NCBI RefSeq assembly: GCF_004010195.1
Contig: NC_057718.1
Span: 68,141,872-68,205,871, forward strand
From: Chiloscyllium plagiosum
Taxonomy: Eukaryota
Direction of reading: 5' to 3'
Length of the DNA stretch: 64,000 nucleotides
This document shows positions 13,201 to 23,610 of the stretch, one piece after another; position 1 is the first letter of the stretch; each line of letters begins with the position of its first letter. A model generated the notes under the pieces. That model was not told where the DNA came from. It worked only from the letters and a program-made list of their open reading frames with translations, and searched no databases. Both the position numbers and the translations under genes were made by a program.

Positions 13201-14289
13201 TAAACTTTGAACACTAATTGAATCCCAGTCACTTTTGGAAAAAATTAAAATCTACCATCACCACCACCCTGTTGTACCTGCATCTTTCCATAATCTGACT
13301 ACATATTTGTGTCTTTATCTCACGTTCGCTGTTGGGAAGCCTGTAGTACAGCCCCAACATTGTTACTACACCCTTCCTATTTCTGAGCTCTGCACATATT
13401 GCTTCACTGCTCAAGTCCTCCATAGTGCTCTCCTTCAGCACAGCAGTGATATCCTGTTTGACCAGTAATGCAATTCCTCCACCCCTTTTACCTCCCTCTC
13501 TATCCCATCTGAAGCATCTAAATCCTGGGATATTTATTTGCCAATCTTGCCCTTCTCTCAACCAAGCCTCAGTAATAGCAATAACATCATACTTCCAGGT
13601 ACTAATCCAAGCCTTACGTTCATCTGCCTTACGTACTACAGTTCTCGCATGAAAATGGATGCACCTTAGACCATCTGTCCCTTTGCATTCATCATCTGCT
13701 CCCTGCCTACTCTTCCCCTTAGTCACGCTGACTTCATTATCTAGTCCCTTACCGGCTTCAGTTTCCCCTGCCACTTTAGTTTAAATCCTGCCCAACAGCG
13801 TTGGCAAAAGTACCCCCCTATGACATTGGTTCCAGTGTAGACCGTCTGATTTGTATTAGTCCCACCTCCCCCAGAGCTGGTCCCAGTGTCCCAAAAATCT
13901 GAACCCTTCCTTCCTCCACATCTCTCAAACTATTCTGCCTATTCTTTCACTTCTACTCTGACTAACACATGGCACTGGTAGCAGTCCTAAGATTACTATT
14001 TCTGAGGTCCTACATTTTTTGGCTCCTAACTTCCTAAATTCCGCTTGTAGGACCTCATTCTGCCTATTACCTATATCTTTGGTGCTTGTATCACCATGAC
14101 AGCTGGCCATTCACCCTCCGCCCTCAATGTCCTGCAGCTGATCTGAGACATCCCTGACCCATTCATTTGGGAGGCAACATACCTTTCAGGAATCTCATTT
14201 TCAACCACAGAACCACCTATCTACTCCCCTTACAATTGAATCCGCTATGACGTAGCCCTTCCACTCTTTTTCCAGGCCTTTGAACAGCA

Positions 14290-14494
14290 GAGCTGAAAAT
14301 GTGTTGCTGGAAAAGCGCAGCAGGTCAGGCAGCATCCAAGGAGCAGGAGAATCGACATTTCGGGCATGAGCCCTTCTTCATTCCTGAAGAAGGGCTCATG
14401 CCCGAAACGTCGATTCTCCTGCTCCTTGGATGCTGCCTGACCTGCTGCGCATTTTCAGCCCTGATCTCCAGCATCTGCAGTCCTCACTTTCCTC
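14290..14494. mobile_element. Fold-back Penelope-like terminus mini-element with hammerhead motif
   Basis: 66-bp inverted arms 14315-14380/14385-14450; motif CTGAAGA-AGGGC-tcat-GCCC-GAAAC-GTC at 14384-14411; flanking direct repeat tgaacagcagagc at 14281 and 14495. Confidence 0.85.
14384..14411 (+). ncRNA. Minimal type I hammerhead ribozyme motif (PLE type)
   Basis: Both core boxes CUGAnGA and GAAA present, 4-bp stem II, palindromic ACGU helix III followed by C17; helix I is weak. Activity not shown. Confidence 0.65.
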
Positions 14495-15684
14495 TGAACA
14501 GCAGAGCCAGCCATGGTGCCATGAACTTGGCTACTGCTGCCTTCCCCTGGTGAGCCATCTCACCCAACAGTATCCAAAACAGAATACCGCAGGGGACACC
14601 TGGACTGCCTTTTCTCTGCCTTTTGATCACTCATTTCCTTTCTCCCTCAGCAATCCTAATCTGTTGTGTGACCAATTCGCTAAACGTCTTATCCACGACC
14701 ACCTCAGCATCGCGGATGCTCCAAAGTGAGTCCATCTGCAGCTCCAGAGCCGTCATACGGTCTAACAAGAGCTGCAGCTGAACACACTTCCTGTACGTGA
14801 AGGAATCAGGGACATCAGCCGCGTCCCTAAGCTCCCACATTGAGCAAGATGAGCATAACACGGGATCTCCTGCCATCTTTACTCTTAAGCTTAATTTAGT
14901 CCAACTATAACATCAAATAATAGATAAATGAAATTTAAGAAGTTTATCAATCATGCTAATTACCAGCACACAAAGAAAAAGAAAATCCTTACCTTATCAG
15001 AACACCACAGAGGTTTTCTTTTGGTTAAAGGAGGAGGGCAAGTGGGAGACACTACACGTGCAGTGTCCCCAGTTTAGCTACTGCCCAAATATATCAGTTC
15101 ACTCACCTTCCCAGTCTAAATCTAATTAGACACCCTGCTCCACTCTGAACACCTCCCCTTGGCATTTGCCCATGCAATCACAAAATATGGAACACCTTTT
15201 ACTACTTCTGTCTTAACTATTCAAGGCCCCAGATGGAAATTGCAGGTGAAGTAGTTACTTACCTGCACTTTGCACAATGCACTTCACTGCTGTATTCGCT
15301 GATTATTAATGTGATCTCCTGTCTGCTGGGAAGACAAAATGCAGACTGAGTAACCTCTTGTGGAGCACCTACATTCTGACAGCAAATATCAATCCAAGCC
15401 TCTGGTTGCCTGCCACTTCACCAGCTCACTGTATTTTCTAGCCAAGAATTCTGTCTTGGGACGACTGCAGCGGTCCAATGAGGTTTGGAACAAGCTGGAA
15501 GAATAGCTTCTCATCATCTGCTTCAGGACTCTATATATAGAGTTCAATAATTTTAGTGCCGTAGCACCATCTTTACTCACCCCACGCCTTTTCATCATAT
15601 GGGTTGCTTTCATCATAGCCAACCCATTTTCACCCACTGGTAGTCCCCATTAGCAGCTTTTCTTTCTCATTGAATCCTTACAGT

Positions 15685-15999
15685 GGGCGGCACAGTGGTT
15701 AGCACTGCTGCCTCACAGTGCCAGAGACTCGGGTTCAATTCCCGCCTCAGGCAACTGACTGTGTGGAGTTTGCACGTTCTCCCCGTGCCTGCGTGGGTTT
15801 CCTCCGGGTGCTCCGGTTTCCTCCCACAGGCCAACGATGTGCAGGTCAGGTGAATTGGCCATGCTAAATTGCCCGTAGTATTAGGTAAGGGGTAAATGTA
15901 GGGGTATGGGTGGGTTGCGCTTCGGCGGGTCGGTGTGGACTTGTTGGGCCGAAGGGCCTGTTTCCACACTGTAATGTAATGTAATCTAATCTAATCTAA
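15685..15999 (+). mobile_element. HE1-type tRNA-derived SINE (young)
   Basis: A box ggcacagtggttagc, B box gggttcaattccc, V-domain-like core gtgtggagtttgcacgttctccccgtg..., CR1-type tail gggcctgtttccacactgtaa(tctaa)n. Confidence 0.92.
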
Positions 16000-16303
16000 A
16001 ACAAGCCATTTGGCCCATCAAATCCACACTGCCCCTCTGAAAAGCATCCACCCTCCTACCCTATCCTGGTAACCCTCCATTTCCCCAGTCTACCTAGCCT
16101 GCACATCCCTGGACTCGCACTGGCCAATCCATCTAACCTACATATCTTTGGAATTGGGAGGAAACTGGAGCACCCAGAGGAAACCCACACTGCCACTGGA
16201 AGAATGTACAAACTCCACACAGACAGTCACTCGAGTCTGTAATTGAACCCGAGTCCCTGGTGCTGTGAGACAGCAGTGCTAACCACTGAGCTGCCGTACC
16301 GCC
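16000..16303 (-). mobile_element. HE1-type SINE (older), tail-to-tail with the previous copy
   Basis: Reverse complement of the same head, core and tail (cagcagtgctaaccactgagc). Confidence 0.88.
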
Positions 16304-16443
16304 CTTTCTCCCCAACTTACCATTCCTTTGCCTGTCCAACTGCTCTTATCTCTCTCTCAGCTTTATTTTCACCTATTCGTCACTCCCTTTCCCACCCCTG
16401 GTCATCTGCATAAATTTTTCCTAGCTGTTCTGAAGAAGGGTCA

Positions 16444-16616
16444 AAATCAATTAGGCAAAAGTGAGGACTGCAGATGCTGGAAACCAGAGTTTAGATTAGA
16501 ATGGTGCTGGAAAAGTACAGCAGGTCAGGCACCATCCGAGGAGCAGGAAAATCAGGAATGATGAAGGGCTTTTGCCTGACCTGCTGTGCTTTTTCAGCAC
16601 CACTCTAATCTAAAAA
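16444..16616. mobile_element. Fold-back PLE-terminus mini-element
   Basis: Inverted arms tttagattagaatggtgctggaaaagtacagcaggtcaggca / tgcctgacctgctgtgctttttcagcaccactctaatctaaa; 14-bp direct repeat ctgaagaagggtca at 16430 and 16617. Confidence 0.8.
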
Positions 16617-17232
16617 CTGAAGAAGGGTCACTTGTTCGGAAACTCTGACTCTGCTTTTTCTCCATGGATGCTCGAGATCTGACATTCTCCAACAATTTCA
16701 GTTTTTGTTTCAGAGTTCCAGCATCCATGGTTTTATTTCCTAAGTCTTTTTTTATTGTTATCATTTTTCTGTGCATAATGGGATATGGTTCTTTTGACAA
16801 AAGGAGCTTCCAGTAAACTTTCACTCTCATTTAAGTTTTTGGTATTAACTTAAATGGTGACGTATTAAAAATCATTGCAGTCATGATCTCCTTAGTTTAT
16901 AGTGCTCATCTAGTTTGGCTACAGAGGGGGATCTTCAAGAAATTCAGTGTTGCTCATGAAATTGGGCAATTTAGTTTGATGAGTTTTCAAACCCTGAAAC
17001 ATACTTCTGATTAAATTATGTTAGAGCGGAGTTTTCTCCGAGCTATAGGGTTCTAATTTCTGTGATACTTCAACATACTTTTCCTGAACATGCACCTTTG
17101 TCATTATTTAGCTTCTATTCCTAGCTGATCGTAGATTGTACAAATAAATCAACATGCCTTTAATGAAAGAATTTTTACAAAAATATGTGCCTTTACACGT
17201 GTATTTATCATTGTTTCTATTTTGATGCACAG

Positions 17233-18016
17233 AACTATAAGCGACCCATGGAAGGCATGTATGGTCCTCCACCAAAGCGTCATGAGAGTGACATGTACAA
17301 CATGCAGTATGGCAACCAACAGCAGGAAATGTACAACCAATATGGAAACACTTACACTGGACCAGACAGGAGATCCATGCAAAACCAGTATCCGTTAACA
17401 TACAATAGAGAGAGAATGCAGGGTCCAGGTCCAGTGCAGCAACATGGAATGCCACCACAAATGATGGGAGGACCAATGCAAGTATCCTCCACTGAAGGGC
17501 CACAGCAGGGCATGTGGCAATCACGGAATGATATGCCTTACCCATATCCAAACAGGCAAGGCCCCGGAGCACCTCCGCAGGCATCGCCATATGCAGGGAT
17601 GAATCGCACTGATGAAATGGTATTACCTGACCAGAGAATGAACCATGAAGGTCAATGGCCTTCTCATGTGAACCAGCGTCAGCCTTCATACATGTCTTCA
17701 GCTTCCATGCCTCCTATCTCACGGCCTCCTCAGTCCTCCTACCAGACTACTCCTTCAATGCCAAACCACATTTCCAGAGCACCAAGTCCAGCTCCCTTTC
17801 AGCGATCTTTAGAAAACCGAATGTCTCCCAACAAATCTCCCTATATGTCGTCCATGAAGATGCAGAAGGTTGGCCCTCCAGTTCCAGCCTCACAGGTTGT
17901 TGTTCCACAACAACAGCAACCTCCATTAAGGCGGGAAATTACATTCCCTCCCGGTTCAGTGGAAGCATCACAACCAGTCTTAAAAGCAAGACGAAAGCTT
18001 ACCTCAAAAGATACTG
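17233..18016 (+). CDS. ARID1B: ARID1B large Pro/Gln/Met-rich coding exon (784 nt)
   Basis: Inside ORF 17185..18045; gcacAG|aactat...gatactg|GTaggc; [18 protein letters not shown]...[29 protein letters not shown]; phase 0 to 1. Confidence 0.97.
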
Positions 18017-19469
18017 GTAGGCAGATTGAAAATTTGTCCATTTGAATTAGTTTGGAATTCGGGCTTAATTATGTTGGTACCGATATATTATCAGTACTTT
18101 TCATAGATTGAATGTTAAAACAAATGCACTTTTTATGAGTTTGGATAGTTTGTAAGTGATATAATGTGATGGGATTTATTTTAAGCAGCATTTGTAATTA
18201 ATATTTTATTGTTAAATGCTGCCGTGCCAGATTTTTTTTTTATGCAAAAGGTTGCATCCTGTGAATGCTGAAATATTTTTTAACCCCAGATGAAATTCTT
18301 GGAATGCTTAAAAGTAAAATATTTGAGCAAGGTTACCCAAAACTGAAAAAAGTAGATTTTCTGCTGGTCAGACAGTTTTTTTTTGTGAATATATGTGTAA
18401 TTTGTGCAAAGGAATCCTGCAGAATTCTCATCATAACTCCAAAGCAATTACGTGAGAAATTAAACTTCCCACAGTACAACCTCACTATGCCTGGAACCTC
18501 ACAAAAGGCTCATAAAACGTTTGAGACTTTGGATAGCTCTGATGAAGTTAAATAAAAGTTACACAGGAAAAGTTAGATTGTTAAATACATAGTCTTGGTC
18601 CTGAGTAGCTATTAAACAGACCCCATACTTAGTTGCTTCAAGATTCCATGCATTGCAATTGGTGATGGCCTCCCAGCTGCAGCAATTACTCGCTGTTCCA
18701 GAAGTCGCTGCTGAACGTGGGCTTCAGGGCCACGCACTTGCAAAGAAAATTAGAGGAAATGCTACCTAGCAACCCTGTCCCAAACCCATTCAATATTTTC
18801 CCTGTTGCATGCTGGACTACATTCAACTCAACCTTCCCCCCCCCCCTCCCCCACAAACTTGAACAGTTTCCTCATAGCTGAGCTTCCCAACCCACCACCA
18901 GACTTGATTTTTCTAGACCACCCAAGCTACCCTAAACACACAACTGCCCCCTTACACCCTGGCTCCCTTCCCAGCTGTCACCCTGCCTCCTCTCCTGCTG
19001 GCAGCTACCCAATTGACACCATTCCCATCTGACATCCTACGTAGCTGTCACCCTACCAGCTTAGCACCCTACTGGCTTGGCTGACACCTTTACCCCTGAC
19101 TGATCTGGCATCCCACACTCTAACATAACAGTTACCTTGTGTACTTACCCTTTGACAGCAGCTGTCAAAAAGGCCGCCTGAATCTTTAAGTTTCAACAAC
19201 TGACTGCTTTAAAAAGGGAGCATGGTTTGTCTTCCTCTGACAGCTGTATGCTATGAAAGAACTGTCAGAATAAATGTACAGTTCTGCATTTCTGAGGGAG
19301 CCCTGAACAGAATCTCCTCAGAAAAGTGGAGCACGCTTTTTTGTGTTAAATTGTCAGTCACCAAAATGTCATAACATGTCTGAACAGGTTGTTTACAAGA
19401 TATTTATATGATATGTGAAAAGGCCAGTCGGTGCACGGATAAGGATGGATGAACTGACTGGCCTTTTCA

Positions 19470-19581
19470 CATATAGATATTTTCTAACCAACTTGTTCAG
19501 ACATTTTCAGACACATCTGCAGTGGATATGATTTGAACCTGGGCCTCCAGGCCCATGGGTAGACTCATTATCACTGCGCCA
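19470..19581 (-). mobile_element. Short tRNA-derived SINE
   Basis: Minus strand reads tggcgcagtgataa...ccaggttcaaatc (A and B boxes). Confidence 0.55.
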
Positions 19582-20499
19582 TGTTGTGAGTACTCAGCTG
19601 GTCTAGCAGCTTCGCTGGAGAGAGAAGCAGGGTTAATGACTTATGTTGAATAAGACTGTTCTTTAGACTTTATCAATCCTTGCTTTTCTTTTACTCTAAT
19701 TTTGACTGCTAACATAATTTCATGCAAATTTTCTTGTTTTGAGAGCCATGTTGAAATTCTTAGGAATTCATTGTTTAAAATAATGTAAATGCATCATTTT
19801 ATCATTTTGCCATTTGTTCGCAAGAAGTTAAGGCTTTCAAAGAAATGCTTAGTGCTTTCGGACCCATATTGACCTTCACTAATATGAAAAAGGCATATGT
19901 TTAATGTATGCATCAGAGGAGAATACTTCTCAATTGTGGGTTTGCTGCAGTCAATGATTTTATTCTTTCACTATAACTGTCAGAATCGCCCTCCAGTTAC
20001 GAGAATCATGCATCGACTTGTCATTTCAGTTTGATTTTCTGTCACTTCTCCATCAAGGGTTTGTGACGTTGACATGTCATGCTGAAGTTCTCAGCAAATA
20101 ATCGAAGTTGACTTTTGTTGTTGTCCTTTGGAGGAAATGTAAAAGAAGAGTCCTCATTTGCCTTTGCTGATGCTAAACATTTCAAGATATATTATGAAAA
20201 AAAGCAGAAGATTGTCTGACATAGAAAAATAGGCAATAGAAGCAAGACTAGGTCATTCAGACCATCAAGCCTGCTTAGCCATACATGTTGATCATGGCTG
20301 ATCCTCTAACTCAACGCGACATTCCCAACCCCCACCCTGTGACACCACACCTCTGGGCTTTGAGCATAACCCCCGCCCTGCATTACTGGGCCTTCACACC
20401 AAGTCACCATGCCTCGGGGATTGTGCTGCTGGCCTCTATCCTGCAATGGCTGAGACCGGGGTTTCAGGGCTGGAAACTAGCACTCCCCTCCCTTCTCCC

Positions 20500-21550
20500 G
20501 GACACGATATTGATAAAAATGAAAGTGTTCAGAAAAGATTTACAAGGATGTTGCTAGGTATTGAGCTATAGGTAAGATGCTGAACAGGCTGGAGCTATTT
20601 TCCTGGAGCATCGGAGGTTGAGGGGTGACCTTATAGAGGTTTATAAAATCATGAGGGGCATAGATAGGATAAATAGACAAAGTCTTTTCCTTGGGGTGGG
20701 AGAGTCCAAAACTAGAAGGATAGGTTTAAGGTGAGAGAGGAAAAATTTAAAAGGGACCTAAGAACATGGGGAAGCATTATTAATTAAGAAGAGCAGTGCA
20801 GTGCTGGAAATGGAGGATGTCTCTCAGGATTCAAGCACAGTCAGTTTGGCAAGAGCTAAGAAATAAATTGGATACAACTACATTGCTTTGTATAGTCTAT
20901 AGACCACCACCTAGTGGAAATGATGTAGAGGAACAAATCTACAGGAAATTAGAGTTAACGGTCAACATTAAAATTATAACATTAGTTATAATGGCGGTCT
21001 AAGTATGGACTGGGATACTGGTAGTGCAAGGGTCAACAATGAGTGAGTGTTCCTAGATTGTGTTCAGGAATGTTTCCTATAGCAAGATGTGTCCATCCCA
21101 ACAAAAGTAGATGCATTCTTGGACTAGAACCTTAGAAAGAGGTGGATGAAGTGGATCAAGTGTCAGTAGGGGAACAATTAAGAGACAATGATCAGTGTAT
21201 CATAAGGTACAGGATGGCGGTGAAGGATGACGTGCAACAAACCAGAGTGAGCAAAATCAATTGGCAAGACCTGAATTCAAAGGAACAAGAATAGAGCTAG
21301 TCAGGATTGACTGAAGCAAGACTTTGGCAAGATAAACAGTGACTGAAGTATGGGTTACCTTCAAAGAATGGAAGACTCAGGTATAGACAAGATATATTCC
21401 CCCTAAGAGAAAACAATCCAGTGAAAAAAGAGGTAGAAATTAATATTAGAAAGAAAAGTGTATTTATGGCAGCAAAGCAGATAAAACAATTGAGAATCAA
21501 CAGGAAAACTGAAGGTTTAGCGAGCAGGTGAGAAAGCAAATAAGAGAAAT
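20500..21550 (+). mobile_element. CR1 fragments (3' RT piece followed by older APE-region piece)
   Basis: gttcagaaaagatttacaaggatgttgc...aggggtgaccttatagagg; ORF 20796..21002 (SVWQELRNK...IVYRPP). Confidence 0.8.
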
Positions 21551-21554
21551 TAAG

Positions 21555-21737
21555 GAAGTGAAATCGCCAAAGTCCCAAAAGACCATTGGGCTGCTCTCTT
21601 ATAGAGACAGCTGGATGCTGAGTTTAACCTGAGGGTTAGGCTCAGGCAAGGGGCGAGCTTGAGAAGGCAGTACCTATATGGTAACTCCAGCCAGTTCTGT
21701 ATTATAAACCAACCATCCAGCTAATTGAGCTAACAGA
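21555..21737 (-). mobile_element. tRNA-derived SINE, same family as 50284-50505
   Basis: aaccatccagctaattgagctaacagac is the reverse complement of the 50286 head; body also shared. Confidence 0.7.
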
Positions 21738-22010
21738 CAATCCAAAGAAAACAAGATGTGCACAAGAACATGAACATTTGCCACCATAGCTGTCTACTGA
21801 TTTCCTCCTCTGGACAGCAAAAAACCCACCAATTTGAATAGGGGAAGAGAAATGTTGAGAAAGGTAGAATGGCAGTCAGAATATAGCAGAGCCACCTTGA
21901 GGTTAGATTTTAATCAGATTTGTTTTCACAAGGCAACACATCAGGTATATGACTGAAACATGAGCATGTAGGTATTACTACACTGATTATTTCAGTATTG
22001 CAGTATTTTG

Positions 22011-22340
22011 GCCACATGGTGGCTCAGTGGTTAGCACTGCTGCTCAAAGCACCAGGAACCTGGGTTCGATTCCATCTTTGGGTGACTGTCTGTGCGGAGT
22101 TTGCACATTCTCCCTGAGTGTTTGGGTTTCCTCCTACAATCCAACATGTGCAGATTAGGTGGATTGGGAATGCCAAATTACCCATACTGTCCTGGGATAT
22201 GCAGGTTAGGTGGATTAGCCATGGGAAATGCATGGTTACAAGGATAGGGTGGGGGCAGGGGTCTCGATGGGATGCTGTTCAGAGCATTGGTGGCAACTCA
22301 ATGACCGAATGGCCTGCTTCCACACTGTAGGGATTCTACG
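22011..22340 (+). mobile_element. HE1-type SINE
   Basis: ggtggctcagtggttagcactgctgc...gggttcgattcc...ggcctgcttccacactgtagggattcta. Confidence 0.88.
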
Positions 22341-22415
22341 GTATGAGGAAGTATTGGGAAGGGCCTGTGACCTCTGTTAACATCACTTAATAATTCTGTA
22401 AAACTAAGACCATAT

Positions 22416-22570
22416 CTGAAACAAAGAAAAACAGAAATTGCTAGAGAAACCGAGCAGGTCTGGCAGCCTCTGTGGAGCAAGAGACGGTGTCCACATTTCA
22501 AGTCTAGTGACCCCTCTTCAGACTGTTCTTCAGGGTCACTGGATTCAATGTTAGCTCTGTTTCTCTCCAC
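22416..22570. mobile_element. Older fold-back PLE-terminus element
   Basis: Minus strand reads agtCTGAAGAggggtcactagacttGAAAtgt; short inverted arm agggtcactggattcaatgttagctctg follows. Confidence 0.7.
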
Positions 22571-22699
22571 TTAATAATTTAGGTTTCATTGTAAGGTATT
22601 TTTCTATCAATATTCACTTTCTTTTCCTTATATACGTATTTAGCATCTACTGTGCACACTTACTGTCAGGTTTTCTCAAATGTTTATATTCATGTTAAT

Positions 22700-23610
22700 A
22701 GTAATCGCACTCTTACCGCTTGGGTCTGAGCAGGTTCTGTGCTCCCGTCCCACTCCAGAAATTTGAACACAATCCAAGTTGACAGTCCAATTCAGTTTAG
22801 AGAGAGTGCTCTAATGTCATTTGTATGGCCTCCACAGAAGTATAGAATACAAAAGTGCAGATATAGAGTTGAAACCATACAACACCGGTGAAGCCACAAT
22901 TAGAGTATTGTATGCATTCTGGTCACCACCTTACAGGAAGGAAATAATTGATCTGGAGAGAGTGCAGAGAAGATTTATTAGACTGTTGCCAGGGCTGGAG
23001 AACTGTAACAACAAGGAGAGACTGGAGAGGTTAGAGTTGTTTCCCTTGATAGAGAGTTCAAAAACCAGTGGTCATAGATTCAAGCTCAGTGGCAGAAGGA
23101 TTAGAGGTGATGTGAGGAAATCCCTTTCATGCAGAGGGTGGTAAGTTTCTGGAATTCGCTGTCCAAGTTGGTGGTAGAGGCATAGACCCTAACCTCTCTT
23201 AAAAAGTACCTGATCTGCTCCTTAAGTGTTGTAAACTGCAGGGCTATGGGTTGTCGGCAGGAAGATGGAATTAGAAAGGGTAACCAGGTGTTTTCGGGTG
23301 GGCCAAATGGACAACTTCTGTGCTTATTATTTCTATGGTTCTTGTTGAATGAAGTGTCCATCTGCCTACTTGGGAAGTCATAAAAGATCAGCTGGCACTA
23401 TTTGAAAAGAAATCCCAGCATCACAAGTAAATGGTCTTATCATGCATCTTATTGTTGTAGATGGTATCTTGCAATACACAAATTGTTGTCAGCGTTTCCC
23501 AACATTGCAACATTGATAACACTTTAAAAGTCCTGCATTAACTGTGAAGCACTTAGAGAAGGACTGAGATCAAGGTCGATGCCATTTAATGAAAATTCCA
23601 TCTTTTATGA
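22700..23610 (+). mobile_element. Deu-domain SINE (SacSINE1/AmnSINE1-like), split by a CR1 3' fragment at about 22820-23340
   Basis: taaaagatcagctggcactatttgaa...atcttgcaatacacaaattgttgtcagcgtttcccaacattgcaaca...actttaaaagt...ctgtgaagcactt resembles the recalled Deu-domain and tail consensus; the inner piece encodes LERVQRRFIRLLPGL. Confidence 0.65.

Larger units (their letters stand above)
10800..15120 (-). mobile_element. Near full-length decayed CR1 LINE (ORF1 Zn-finger/esterase; ORF2 APE and RT)
   Basis: Minus-strand ORFs in LINE order: 14631-14876 (LCSSCSMWE...RKCVQLQLL), 13925-14110 (esterase-like EIVILGLLPVP), 13229-13774 (APE, YDVIAITEAWL...GGGIALLVK), 11520-12026 (RT, YMDFSKMFDKVPH...KFADDTK), 11309-11578 (LVWPQLEYCVQFW). 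Confidence 0.92.
15140..16740 (+). mobile_element. Old Penelope-like element remnant (GIY-YIG region and hammerhead-bearing terminus), interrupted by three younger insertions
   Basis: 15230-15560 decodes in broken frames as IQGP...TCT...GKTKCRL...EHL...VACHF...KLEE...IEFNNF; terminus gttctgaagaagggtca...gaaactctgactctgc at 16427-16443 and 16617-16740. Confidence 0.7.

Noticed and set aside
15685..15760. tRNA gene
   Set aside because: A and B boxes belong to SINE heads that continue into core and LINE-derived tail; no stand-alone tRNA seen.
17108..17689. 193-aa minus-strand ORF and other ORFs antisense to ARID1B exons (e.g. 44069-44437)
   Set aside because: Antisense shadows of coding exons with no independent protein features.
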